Below are positions 38,761 through 51,486 of a stretch of 58,217 bases of DNA, in pieces. This stretch comes from Octopus sinensis. Lineage: Eukaryota. The stretch spans positions 1 through 58,217 of the forward strand of contig NW_021833111.1 of assembly GCF_006345805.1 (NCBI RefSeq), read 5' to 3'. Position 1 is the first letter of the stretch. Each line of letters starts with the position of its first letter. A program made the translations under genes and the position numbers. The notes under the pieces are model-generated. The model had not been told where the DNA came from and did not search any database. It saw only the letters and a program-made list of their open reading frames with translations.

Positions 38761-39204
38761 CCCAATCCCTGACCCAACACCACCTGTCTGAGCAACACAG
38801 AGATCACACAAAGATCAAACGGAATTTAACGAGTGCTAATTTACTGGGGATGTCAAAGTACGGAGTGGTGCGGCAGAGGGGGGTTGTTTGGTGGAGGTAG
38901 GGAAGGAGATTTGAAATGCTGTGGGTGTGGCAGGGATGGGGAAGAGGGGGAGGAGGATGAAGAGGCGTGAGAGATGGCGTTTAAGAGATGAGGAAGATGC
39001 TGGAGAATGATGACAAGCAGGAAGATATTACGATTTTGGATTTTGCGTAAGCAAATAAGAGCTTCACCCCGAGAGAGAGAGACAGACATAAAAACTGCAC
39101 TTAAGAACTGAGGCCATAAAGTGTAGTTATGCCGGTTGCACTCTAAGGGGATGAAGTGTGGATAAGGTAGAGAGCGATGGAGAAGAAGATACCATAAATC
39201 TTCG

Positions 39205-40445
39205 AGTATAATATTCTGAACACCTTACTTCCCTGGGCATGGACACATTGAAACTCCGACGTCTGGCAGCTGACTTGGCAAGACACCCATAAAATTATCA
39301 ACCATCTTACAAACAATAACTCTGAGTCCCTTTTCAAACTCCACCCGTCTAACACCCATGGACGTATTTACAAAGTCAGAAAACAGCACAGCTCCTTCCA
39401 TGACTTTCGGAAACATTTTTTTTCATGCTGAGAGTTGCTGAAGCATGGAACAAACTGCCGGCATCAGTTGTTAGTTGTAGGAGCACTGCATCCTTCAAAA
39501 CTTCCATGCTTCCTGAGATTCACCAACACTACACCTGGTCTTCTCCCCTCCATACACACACTGAAGCATGGAACAAACTGCCGGCATCAGTTGCTAGTTG
39601 TCAGAGCACTGCATCCTTCAAAACTTCCATGCTTCCTGAGATTCGCCAACACTACACCTGATCGTCTCTTCCCCTCCATACACACGCTGAAGCATGGAAC
39701 AAACTGCCGGCATCAGTTGTTGGTTGTCGGAGCACTGCATCCTTCAAAACTTTCATGCTTCCTGAGATTCGCCAACACTACACCTGATCTTCTCTTCCCC
39801 CTCCATACACACGCTGAAGCATGGAACAAACTGCCGGCATCAGTTGTTGGTTGTCGGAGCACTGCATCCTTCAAAACTTTCATGCTTCCTGAGATTCGCC
39901 AACACTACACCTGATCTTCTCTTTCCCCCCTCCATACACACGCTGAAGCATGGAACAAACTGCCGGCATCAGTGTGGTTGTCGGAGCAATGCATCCTTCA
40001 AAACTTCCATGCTTCCTGAGATTCGCCAACACTACACCTGATCTTCTCCCCCCAATACACATGCGAACCATGGAACAGACTGCCGGCATCAGCTAGTTGT
40101 CAGAGCACTGCATCCTTCAAAACTTTCATGCTTCCTGAGATTCGCCACACTACACTACACCTGATTTCTCCCCTCCATACACATGCTGAACCATGGAACA
40201 GACTGCCGGCATCAGTTGTTAGTTGTCGGAGCACTGCATCCTTCAAAACTTCCATGCTTCCTGATATTCGCCAACACTACACCTGATCTTCTCTTCCCCT
40301 CCATACACACACAAGCATGTATCTGACTCATGCATTGTTCGCTTTCCAGACATTTGTACATTACTGCATATACTTTATACGCACTTTCTGACAAGTTGTG
40401 GTGCACCTGAGCACTGTATACAATAATTTCATTATATTATATTAT
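39205..40445 (+). mobile_element. CR1-type LINE 3' end with seven tandem copies of the ORF-end/3' UTR junction
   Basis: LGMDTLKLRRLAADL..THKII..SNTHGRIYKV..FRKHFF.LRVAEAWNKLPASVVSCRSTASFK matches the CR1 ORF2 C-terminus; ends cactgtatacaataatttc(att)n. Confidence 0.88.
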
Positions 40446-40454
40446 AATCCGCAT

Positions 40455-40568
40455 TTTTTACAGTTCTATATTGAAGAGATGAGGAATTATGTACATTATT
40501 TACATTTGATGGATATTTGTCTTCATCTTGTTTGTTGTTAACACAACGTTTCGGCTGATATAGCCTCC
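40455..40568 (-). mobile_element. PLE terminal fragment with the 3' half of the hammerhead
   Basis: cagccGAAACgttgtgttaacaacaaacaagatgaagac...ttcctcatctcttc; lacks CUGAUGA. Confidence 0.75.
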
Positions 40569-40701
40569 GGCCGTCAGCTGTAGAAACATTGCCAGATCAG
40601 ATTGGAGCCTGGTGTGTAGCTACTGGCTTTCCAGACGTCAGTCAAACTGTCCAACCCATGCCAGGATGGAAAACAAATGTTAAACGACGATGATTATGAT
40701 G

Positions 40702-40730
<29 letters not shown>

Positions 40731-40733
<3 letters not shown>

Positions 40734-41133
40734 TAATAAAAGTGTTCAGCAATGATTTGCTTCACCACACACCGAAGTTTAGAAATAGCAGCCAAAAATC
40801 TTAGCTATTTCTTCTACTTTAAAAAGGGTCTCCCGGAGAAACCAAAATACTTGAAGATAATTCACACAAGCAGAGAGTAAAGCAACGAAAATCAATCAAT
40901 TATTGAATTATCTTCAAGTATTTTGGTTTCTCCGGGAGACCCTTTTTAAAGTAGAAGAAATAGCTAAGATTTTTGGCTGCTATTTCTAAACTTCGGTGTG
41001 TGGTGAAGCAAATCTTTGCTGAAGCCTTTTATTAGTATTACTTAAACTTACCGTGAAATGGTCCTTTTTCATACCGAATTCTACTTGGCGAAATTATTAA
41101 TTACTTCTTAATTAATTAATTTTACCCTTTGTT
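40731..41133 (+). mobile_element. Foldback element, subfamily 2, copy a
   Basis: Arms 40731-40864 and 40904-41037 (134 bp, 3 mismatches), 39-nt loop, ~95-bp tail. Confidence 0.85.
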
Positions 41134-41157
41134 ATATATATATATATATTATATATA

Positions 41158-41570
41158 TACTAATAAAAGTGTTCAGCAATGATTTGCTTCACCACACACC
41201 GAAGTTTAGAAATAGCAGCCAAAAATCTTAGCTATTTCTTCTACTTTAAAAAGGGTCTTCCAGAGAAACCAAAATACTTGAAGACAATTCACACAAACAG
41301 AGAGTAAAGCAACGAAAATCAATCAATATCTGCTGTGTGAATTATCTTCAAGTATTTTGGTTTCTCTGGGAGACCCTTTTTAAAGTAGAAGAAATAGCTA
41401 AGATTTTTGGCTGCTATTTCTAAACTTCGGTGTGTGGTGAAGCAAATCTTTGCTGAAGCCTTTTTATTAGTATTACTTAAACTTACCGTGAAATGGTCCT
41501 TTTTTCATACCGAATTCTACTTGGCGAAATTATTAATTACTTCTTAATTAATTAATTTTACCCTTTGTTA
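41158..41570 (+). mobile_element. Foldback element, subfamily 2, copy b
   Basis: Arms 41158-41291 and 41338-41472, same tail, (TA)n on both sides. Confidence 0.85.
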
Positions 41571-42474
41571 TATATATATATATATATATATACACATACA
41601 TACATATATATATATATATGCATGTGTGTGTGTTTCTCTGTGTGTACGTATAAAAGACAAGTGGGCTTAAGATTTACTACAGCTGTTTCAGTAGCATTAT
41701 ATATATAAATATATTTACACACACGCACATACCAACAGTATACTACTAACAAATGCCATCTGCTGGTTGGTCTACCCTAAACTGTGAATCAATTCTATGG
41801 AACCCAGCCAGTCCTGGTGCCCCACTTGTTGATAAAAGCCTAGATTCAAATGAATCCTGCGACTACTACTCTACCCACATGCATACGAAATGTGTTTATT
41901 TTTGCAGCCATTTCCTTCAAGAAATTTTCATGTTGGAGAATATTTCCTTTCTCTTTTTCAACCATTTTTATTCTCTTTTCTTTCCTTTTCGTTTTTTTTT
42001 TTACATTTCCAGAAAAACAAACAAACAAAAGAACCATTTTTTTTCCCCATTTCAGTTAATCCCAGCATGAATAATTTCCTTTTTGTTCTAATTCAACCAG
42101 TTCTCCACTCCACCCTCCTGCCCCCCACCCCCACCTTTCTTCTCACCTGCCAGTTCCTTGTCGTTTCACACCTTCACTTATTTTCTTTTATTTTCTGCCA
42201 ATTTTTCCAATTCTCTTTGAATGTTTGCTCACCATCCTCCATGTTTGTTCATATAATTTTGCTATAATAATTATTGTGTTTGTTGTTGTTATTGTTCTTG
42301 TCATTGTAATTGCTCTTTGTGTTGTCAGAGTATGGCTGAATGGTCAAGAAGTGTGATTCACAAACGCAAGGTCCTGGGTTCAAACCCATCAGGTGGCATC
42401 TTTGCTAGATGTCATTTTTTATAGCTTTGGGCCAAACCAGATTTTTTTTTATATCCTTACCTTGTTTCAGTCAT

Positions 42475-42730
42475 TGGACTGGGGCTACTCGACCTGACAG
42501 AAATTCTAACTGGGCCCCACCTGCAAGGTCATGCACTGTTTATCTTGATATGAGATCACCATGTGGAGCACATATGGTTGTGATGCATGTGCCTGGTATG
42601 CCCTTATCAGATGGGTAGTCATGATGGGTATACTGGGCTTCGTATATTTTACCCCAGTGTCACTTTCATGGCATGGACTGCTCTATCACTTGATAATAAT
42701 AATAATAATAATAATAATTATTATTATTAT
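42475..42730 (+). mobile_element. Unclassified non-LTR retroelement 3' end with (TAA)n tail
   Basis: Near-identical to 45940-46160. Confidence 0.7.
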
Positions 42731-43058
42731 TAGGGTTGACTATGGCAGCGTACTGGCAGAAGCGTTAAGATGCCGGGCAAAATACTTAGCGGTCTGAGTT
42801 CAAATTCTTCCAAGGTCGACTTTGACTTTCATCCTTTCGGGGTCTATAAATTAAGTACCAGTTGCGTACTGGGGTTGATCTAATCGACTGCCCCCACCTC
42901 CCCAAACTTTTCGGGCCTTGTGCCTGGAGTCGAAAAGAATGATAATGGTTGACTTTGTCACTCATCTTATTGAGTCAGTAAAATTAGTTGAGTATTGGGG
43001 CCTCAATGTTATTTAACCCCTCCCCTGATACTGCTGGCCTTGTGACAAAATTTGAAAA

Positions 43059-43091
<33 letters not shown>

Positions 43092-43093
43092 CA

Positions 43094-43140
<47 letters not shown>

Positions 43141-43162
43141 GTTATTGTGGTTATTATTACTG

Positions 43163-43200
<38 letters not shown>

Positions 43201-43719
43201 TTTCTTATTATCATTATTGTTGTTGTTACTATTGTTGTTATTAATGTTATTATTGTTATTATTATTATTGTTTTCTTCTTATTGTTATTATTGTTGTTGT
43301 TGTTATTGTTATTGTTATCATTGTTGTTGTGTGTTTTATTTTATGTCTTTTGTTTTATGATTCATTTTTGTGATTACATTATTTTTTTCTTTTTCTGCCA
43401 CAACTCCCTCCCCCCACCCTCCTACCCCCCACCCCCACCTTCACACTTTCTATGGTTTCTTCATTTTCACCATTTTCAGCTTCCCCCACCCCCACCCCCC
43501 ACCACTGAAACAAGAGAATCCAATCATTATTTACCAATTTTTCACACACACGCCCTCCCCCCTATCTCTCTCCCTCCCCCTCTCTCTCTCTCCCTCCCCC
43601 TCTCTCTCTCCCTCCCCCTCTCTCTCTTTCTCTCTTTTCTCAATTAATGGATTTCTTTTGGTTTCCATTTTTGTCTCTTTTCTTTTCTCACTGTTTCTTT
43701 TATTATGAAAATATCAATA

Positions 43720-44062
43720 AATAGATGACAATGGTGATGATGATGATGGTGATGGTGGTCGTAATGATGGTGATGGTAATAATGGTGGTGGTGGTGGATG
43801 ATGAAGATAATGATGATGATGATGATTGTGATGATGATGATGATGGTGATGATTGTGATGATGGTGGTGATGCTGGTGGTGGTGGTGATGATGATAATGA
43901 TAATAATGGTTGTGGTGGTGATGATGATGATGATGAAGATGATGATGATGATTGTGATGATGATGATCATTGTGTTGATGATAGTTGTGGTGGTGATGAT
44001 GATTGTGATGATGATGAAGACGATGATGATCATGGTGGTTATGACGATGATAGTGATAATAG

Positions 44063-44095
<33 letters not shown>

Positions 44096-44360
44096 CGATG
44101 AGGATAGTGGTGGTGAGGGTGACGGTGATGGTGGTGGGGATGGTGGTGATGGATGATAAGGGAAGCGGGGACTGATGATGAAGATGGTGGCAGTGGGGAT
44201 GGCGATGATGACGATGATGACGATGATGATGATGATGTGATGCTGGTGATGAAGATGATGATGATAATGGTGATGATGGTTATGATGATGATGGTGATTA
44301 TGGTGGTGCTAATGATGATGATTGTGACGATGATGCTGATGATGATGATGATGTTGGTTC
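43720..44360. repeat. (GAT/GGT)n tract
   Basis: Direct reading. Confidence 0.93.
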
Positions 44361-44624
44361 GTTTCTTATTAGAGATGTGGTGTTAGGTTTAAAGTGTAGG
44401 ATTTATAGGAAGTCATAAATAAGTCTAATCATGATTAAACATAATTATGATAACAACAACAGCAACAACAACAATAATAATAATAGCAATTGCTTCTAAT
44501 TTTGGAAGAAGGCCAGAAAATTTGATGGTGGGGAGGTGGGGAGTCGATTAAACCAACTCTGTCGGTCAAGTCTTGGATGCTTTCATGTTTTTGTCTCTGG
44601 CGGCGCCGATTCCTTCAGGAGTCT

Positions 44625-45010
44625 GTGGAAGAGGTAGACCCAGGAAGACACGGGACAAGATGGTGAAACATGATCTTCAGATGTTGGCTCTCATGGAGGT
44701 GACGATAGGTGATCGAATCCTTCGGCGGTTTGCTGTGCTTGGGAAAATGTGTTGGGCCAAGTGAAATCGTGGTTGTGGACAGTGAAAGGCACCTGTGACA
44801 GTGACGCATAAAAGGCACCCGTGATGGTGACGTGTAAAGGGCACCTGCTACACTCTTGGAGTGGTTGGCATCAGGAAGGAGGACATATCCAGCCATAGAA
44901 ACCAAGCCAAAACAGACTGGAACAGGGGTGGCTCTCTGGTTTACCACTGCCAGTCAATCTGTCTGATCCATGCCAGAATGGGAAATGGATGCGAAATTAT
45001 GATGATGATG
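44625..45010 (+). mobile_element. RTE LINE ORF C-terminus plus 3' UTR
   Basis: GRGRPRKTRDKMVKHDLQMLALMEVTIGDRILRRFAV* matches the RTE RGRPxKTW...DR..WR end. Confidence 0.8.
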
Positions 45011-45092
45011 ATGAAGAATTTTAAGACTTTTAGGAGAAAATGAACAAATATGCAGTCATGCAAAAAATAAGGATGGAGCAAGGATGTTTGCA

Positions 45093-45128
<36 letters not shown>

Positions 45129-45684
45129 ACACACACACATGCACATACAGACACACACACATACAGACACACACACACATGCACATACAGACACACACAC
45201 ATACAGACACACACACACCACACACACAGACACACACACACATGCACATACAGACACACACACATACAGACACACACAGACAGACACAGAGACACACACA
45301 CACACACACACACATATGGGCACAAGTGTGATTATATAGGCACAGGCATATCTGTGTGGGTAAGAAGTCTGCTTCCCAACCACAAGGTTCTGGGTTCAGT
45401 CCCACTACATGGCACCTTGGGCGAGTGTCTTCTACTATGGGCACAGGCATGGCTGTATGGTAAGAACCTTGAATCCCAACCACATGGTTCTGGGTTCAGT
45501 CCCACTGCATGGCACCTTGGGCGAGCGTCTTCTACTATAGCCACGTGCTGACCAAAGCCTTGTGTGTGGATTTGGTAGACGGAAACTGTATATATAAGTC
45601 TTCTGGCTGTGGACAGCTGACACTTTCCACCATATCCAACAATATAAGCTGTGAGTTTTCATCAAATAATAATAATAAGTATAA

Positions 45685-46160
45685 AAGATGGCCTACAGCA
45701 AATATTCTGCTCAATACCACAGATTTGCTTGTCAGTTGTTTGACCGTAACCAGTTGAGCATGTCCCTTAGAGGCTGACGATACGTGTATCTCTGATCACG
45801 AGCAGAAGTAGTGGGGGAGCATCATAGCCATGTGTTGAGAGGGATTCTTTGGGGTTTGGATAATTCACCTCTGGAAACATGGGTGGTTCTTTCAACATCC
45901 TTAAACAACCCTTATTCAGGGACCTTTTGAGTGGGATGGGCTACTCAACCTGAAGAAAATTCTAACTGGGCCCCACCTGCAAGGTCATGTGCTGTTTATC
46001 TTGATATGAGATCACCATGTCGTGCACATATGGTTGTGATGCATGTGCCTGGTGTACCCTTATCAGGCGGGTAGTCATGATGGGTATACTGGGCTTCGTA
46101 TATTTTACCCCAGTGTCACTTTGATGGCATGAACTGCTCTATCACTCAATAATAATAACA
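45685..46160 (+). mobile_element. Unclassified non-LTR retroelement 3' end with (TAA)n tail, longer copy
   Basis: Shares ~240 bp with 42475-42730. Confidence 0.7.
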
Positions 46161-46986
46161 ATATTAATGAAAATGATGAAGATGGTGATTAATACCATTT
46201 TTCAATGCAACATGGCTGCATGGCTCAGTGATTAGAGGTGTTGAACTCACAATCATAATGTCATGAGTTCAATCCCTGGACCAAGCAGTGCATTGTTCCC
46301 TTGACCCAGGCACATCATTTCATACGTACGATGCCAGTCTGCTCATCTAAAAGTGAATACCAGCTGACTACTGGTGTGCCCCCCCCCCACCACCCACCAA
46401 ATACCCTCTCCACCAGCCATCAAATCCTGGACGTTCTGCCGAATCGAGGATGAGGGAGTTGAGGTGACTATGTCTATCATGGACTACAAAGTCCCCTAAA
46501 ACAATCAGTGTAATCATTGCACATGTTATCAAATCGTATTCGTTTGCAAGTGACAGCCATGGCTGGCCGTTTTTCTCCCCCCACCCCCGCACCCCGATTT
46601 CCCTGTATTCTTGGTTGATTATCAGATGAACACCAAGAATAAGGAACAGGAGAGGATTAACGCAGATTAATCAAGCTGAAAAACACGTTCGTTAGTTCTT
46701 TGTTGCTTAGATTATTTTAGCCATCGCAGCTATGAATAATAAATGTATGTACATGTGTGTTGTTGAATTTTAATTATCACTCAAGCAAAATTAACGAACA
46801 GAGATTTTTTAACCTCAGTAATTACTTCATTTTCATGTGTAATTTTAAAACTGCTACATATATATATATATATATAATATATATATATATTATATATATA
46901 TCAACGTCATTTAACATCCGTTTATATAGCATATATTTCTATATTGCTATATAAATTAATAATAATAGCTATATTTATATATATAT

Positions 46987-47063
<77 letters not shown>

Positions 47064-47245
47064 GCATGTATACATGTGCACATACACACAAATGGCTGAT
47101 TATAAAAATTTATCTGGCAATATCATAGAAATATATATACACATGTGATTGCTACATATATATATATATATATATATATATCGACATCATATAACATCTG
47201 TTTATATAGCATATACTGCTATATTGCTATAAGTTAATATTATAG

Positions 47246-47299
<54 letters not shown>

Positions 47300-47316
47300 G
47301 ATGACGATGATTGATG

Positions 47317-47348
<32 letters not shown>

Positions 47349-47754
47349 TTATATATCATATATATATATATATACATATTCATATATATATATATTATAT
47401 ATGTATGTATATTGTATGTATGTAATTATATAATATAGCCACATATATATTTATATGATACAGCTTGTATATTTCATTTCCATCTAATGGAAAATGGTAA
47501 AAAAACCTGGTGTTTCTCCACAGATATGTATTCACACATTTTTAAGTGTTATTTCTAATGAATATTTTAGAATTTTACAATTTATGAAACAATAATTTGA
47601 AAATACAACATTAATAGTTATTTCTTCTCACTGAGAGAGACGAAGGTTTCAGGGAAATAAACAGATGCAAGTTCAAACTCCAAACTCCCAGGATGGGTGT
47701 TGCATTGCAATGTATCCAAATTCCACCCTTCATCCTTCTGGGTATTGATAAAAT

Positions 47755-47917
47755 CACCATCATCATCATTGTTCGACCGTGGTCGAGACAATGGAATTTA
47801 CCATGCTACGCCAGACTTCATGGTCCATCATGGCATTACGGAGGTCCTGTTGCTGGATGCCTGTATCCCTGGAGATTACATCAGGGTAGGAGAGTGTGCG
47901 CCCTCTGGTATTGCAAG
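47755..47917 (-). mobile_element. 163-bp RTE stub (second family) with 10-bp TSD inside a SINE B core
   Basis: RGRTLSYPDVISRDTGIQQQDLRNAMMDHEVWRSMVNSIVSTTVEQ*; TSD ttgataaaat at 47745-47754 and 47918-47927. Confidence 0.82.
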
Positions 47918-48014
47918 TTGATAAAATACAGTACCAGTCATCTACTGGGCTAGATTTACGTTCCTATGAAGTCTTCTCAGTGAGAATGGAATTATGATGG
48001 AGGGATCTTTAATA

Positions 48015-48071
48015 TGCTTTATATGCACTTTTGATAAGTTGTGGTGCACCTGAGCACTGTATACAATAATT

Positions 48072-48102
<31 letters not shown>

Positions 48103-48105
48103 GAT
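48015..48105 (+). mobile_element. CR1 3' tail stub
   Basis: gataagttgtggtgcacctgagcactgtatacaataatttc(att)n as at 40385-40445. Confidence 0.8.
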
Positions 48106-48189
48106 AAATGAAATATATCGCTACATGTTGTTACTGAACTATTTCTACATGTTAATTACATAGCTTTTATTGTTTGCTTGTTTCATTTT

Positions 48190-48655
48190 ATGAATGCTGC
48201 CATAATCCTTGTCTTCAGTTTGTCTTTGGTGTAACAAAGGAGTTTTGTTGGTCTCTCGCTCAACTGAGCCCCACACATAATAATCAAAGGGGTTGCAGTC
48301 TGGGGAGTCGGGTGGCCAGATGTTAGGGGTGATGTGGTCGCAGAAATTGTCTGAAAGCCATTCCTGGGTTCTCCTGCTTGTGTCGCATGGTGCAGAGTCC
48401 TGTTGCCAGACATTGTGTCTTCCATCCACCATCCTCTTGACCCAGGGCAATGCTACCTCCTCCAGGCACTTGATGTAGGCCTCCATGTTGAGTTTGAGGA
48501 CGTGTGGGAAGATGAATGGAAGCATGACATTGCCATCACTAGTGATCACTCCAAACACCATGATGTTGACTGGATGCTTCATTCTTATCACTCTGAGTAC
48601 ATGTTTTGGGGACACAGCAAGCCACCGGTTGTTCTGTGTGTTCACCATCTGATCC
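48190..48655 (-). pseudogene. Tc1/mariner DD37D (maT-type) transposase fragment
   Basis: VMVFGVITSDG, WQQDSAPC, WPPDSPDCNPFDYYVWG with 37 residues between the second and third Asp. Confidence 0.9.
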
Positions 48656-48980
48656 TGGTAGCACGTAAAAAGCACCGTCCAAATATGGCCAATGCCAGCG
48701 CCACCTCAACTGGCTTCTGTGCCGGTGGCATGTAAAAAGCACCATCCGATCATGGTCGATGCCAGCTCCTGTGGCTCCTTGTGCTAGTGGCACGCAAAAA
48801 GCACCCACTACACTCCCGGAGTGGTAGGCATTAAGAACGGCATCCAGCTGTAGAAACACTGTCAGATCAGACTGGGGCCTGGTGCAGCCTCCTGGTTTCC
48901 CAGACCCCAGTTGAACCGTCCAACACATGCCAGCATGGAAAACGGACATTAAACAATGATGATGATGATGATGTTGATGA
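48655..48980 (+). mobile_element. RTE 3' UTR truncating the DD37D element
   Basis: Family match. Confidence 0.8.
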
Positions 48981-49574
48981 TATATATACATACATATATA
49001 TATTATCAGATTCCTATTTCGGTCTTCCTGTCATCATTATTTTAATGTTCAGTTTTTCCATTCTTGCATGTGGTTAAGTGGGGCTGACTTCCAGCTCAAC
49101 GACAACTGCCACAATAGATACTACCAACCTCGACCACCACAATGACAATGACGACAACAACTACTACTGCCACCACCACCACCACCATAACCACTACCAC
49201 CACCACCACTATAACCACCATCACCACAACCACCACCACCACCACCACTATGTTTACTTATTGTAATTGAAAAATATGTCCCTATTTTCTGCGATTCCCC
49301 TCAGCCCCCCCCCCCCCACCTGCCCTCTGCTATGTCCCCATCTCCCCCCCCAGCTGTTATCATTTCTGTTCTGTATAGTAATGACACGGGGAAATAATAA
49401 ATGTGTTTAATTGGAACGATATCAATGTTGATATATTGATATCCGTGTATTGGTTTTGGTTTCCGTATTGATCGGAAGGGGACAAACTTTTGCGATTTTT
49501 CGCTCCGGCTTCTTTTGTCTTTGCTCAAATAATCCTCTCGTCTCTGGCAGGGGGGAACATCTCAGGCAGAAATT

Positions 49575-50430
49575 CTTTGCACGTACATACGTGAGTGTGT
49601 GTGTAGAGGTGTGTCTGTGTAGGTGTGTGTGTGTGTGGAGGTGTGTGTGTGTAGAGGTGTGTCTGTGTAGGTGTGTGTGTGTTTAGGTGTATTTGGGTGT
49701 AGGTGTGTGTGTAGAGGTGTGTATTTGTGTAGATGTGTGTGTGTGTAGGTGTGTGTGTAGAGGTGTGTCTGTGTAGGTGTGTGTGTGTTTAGGTGTATTT
49801 GAGTGTAGGTGTGTGTGTAGAGGCGTGTATGTGTAGGTGTGTGTGTGTAGGTGTGTGTGTATAGATGTGTGCGTGTGTGTTTAGGTGTATTTGGGTGTAA
49901 GTGTGTGTGTAGGAGTGTGTTCATGTGGGTGTATGTGTGTAGTAGGTGTGTGTCGGTGTGTGTGTGTAGATGCATGTGTCTCTGTGAGTGTGTGTGTGTG
50001 TGTGTGGGTAGGTGAGTGTGTAGGTGCATGTAAGTATGTGTGTGTAGGTGCATATGTGTGAGTGTAGGTGTGTATGTGAGTGTGTGTAGGCGTGCATGTG
50101 TGTAGGCGTGCATGTGTGTGTAGGCGTGCATGTGTGTAGGCGTGCGTGTGTGTAGGCATGCATGTGCATGTATGTGTTTGTAAAGAGATGTGTACGTGTA
50201 TATATTTGTGTGTGTGTGCATATGTATATAAATTTATGAATATGCATACGTCTATAAATATATATATATATATACGAGTGTGTATATCTATACATATGTG
50301 TGTGTGTGTGTATATGCGTATAAGTATATATATATATATATTTGTGTATGTGTGCGTGTATGTATATCTATCTATCTTTCTATATACATACACATACATA
50401 CATACATACACACACCACACACACACACAC
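49575..50430. repeat. TG-rich compound minisatellite (gtaggtgtgtgtgtagaggtgt) and TA/CA tracts
   Basis: Direct reading. Confidence 0.88.
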
Positions 50431-51077
50431 AGAGTCCTATATACACAGATCTATGTCTGTGCATGGATGGACACAAAGATAACCTCTGTTATGGATAGTT
50501 AACTATCACATCAAACATTCTGCTAGGCCATCCCTCCATAAACGATCCATCATCCATCCTCGTTTACTGGCCCCACCAGCCCCACCACCACCACCACCAC
50601 CACCACCACCACCACCACCACCACCAACACTATTGTCATTATCAATGTCATTATCATCATCATCATCATCATTGAGAAAAGCTTTTCATTACCGAAATTA
50701 AAAACATGGCTGTGTGGTAAGTAGCTTGTTTACCAACCACATGGTTCCGGGTTCAGTCCCACTGCGTGGCACCTTGGGCAAGTGTCTTCTACTATAGCCT
50801 CGGGCCGACCAAAGCCTTGTGAATATATATGGATATAGACATATATATATATATATGTCTATATATATGTGTGTATGGTATATATACAACATATTCACAC
50901 CCATGACAAGCTTCTTTCAGTTTTCCGCCTGCCAAATCCACTCACAAGGCTTTAGTCAGCCATAGTAGGCTATAGTAGAAGACACTTGGCCAAGGTGCCA
51001 TGCAGTGGGACTGAACCTGGAACCATGTGGTTGGGAAGCAAGCTTCTTACCACACAGCCACAGTTCACCTATATATA

Positions 51078-51130
<53 letters not shown>

Positions 51131-51444
51131 TACACACACACACACACACACATATATTTTTCAGTGGTAGTGTATGATTGGAGGGAGATTTTGCTGCTAT
51201 TTTTAGCACGTTGAGGCTCCTTCATCACCACCATTGACATCAACTGTGTTAAACACAGTGAGGATGGTCATGTCTTGTCTGTCTTTGACATGATGATGAT
51301 GATGATGATGATTATTGTTGTTGCTTAGCCTCAGATCAGAGAAGAGCTCTGATGAAAGGAAGAGATTCCAGCTGTGACCATCTTATCTGTTTATCAGGCA
51401 TTGTGTACCTTGATTACATCAGCCCGAAGGTGAGGGTTGAAACA

Positions 51445-51486
<42 letters not shown>

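Noticed and set aside
39437-40310. CRISPR-like repeat/spacer appearance
   Set aside because: Repeats are ~100 bp of CR1 ORF sequence, spacers are related to each other, the context is eukaryotic and there are no cas genes.
46481-46497. ggactacaaagtccc resembling the ACTACAnnTCCC promoter motif
   Set aside because: Spacing is off by one base and there is no other promoter evidence.
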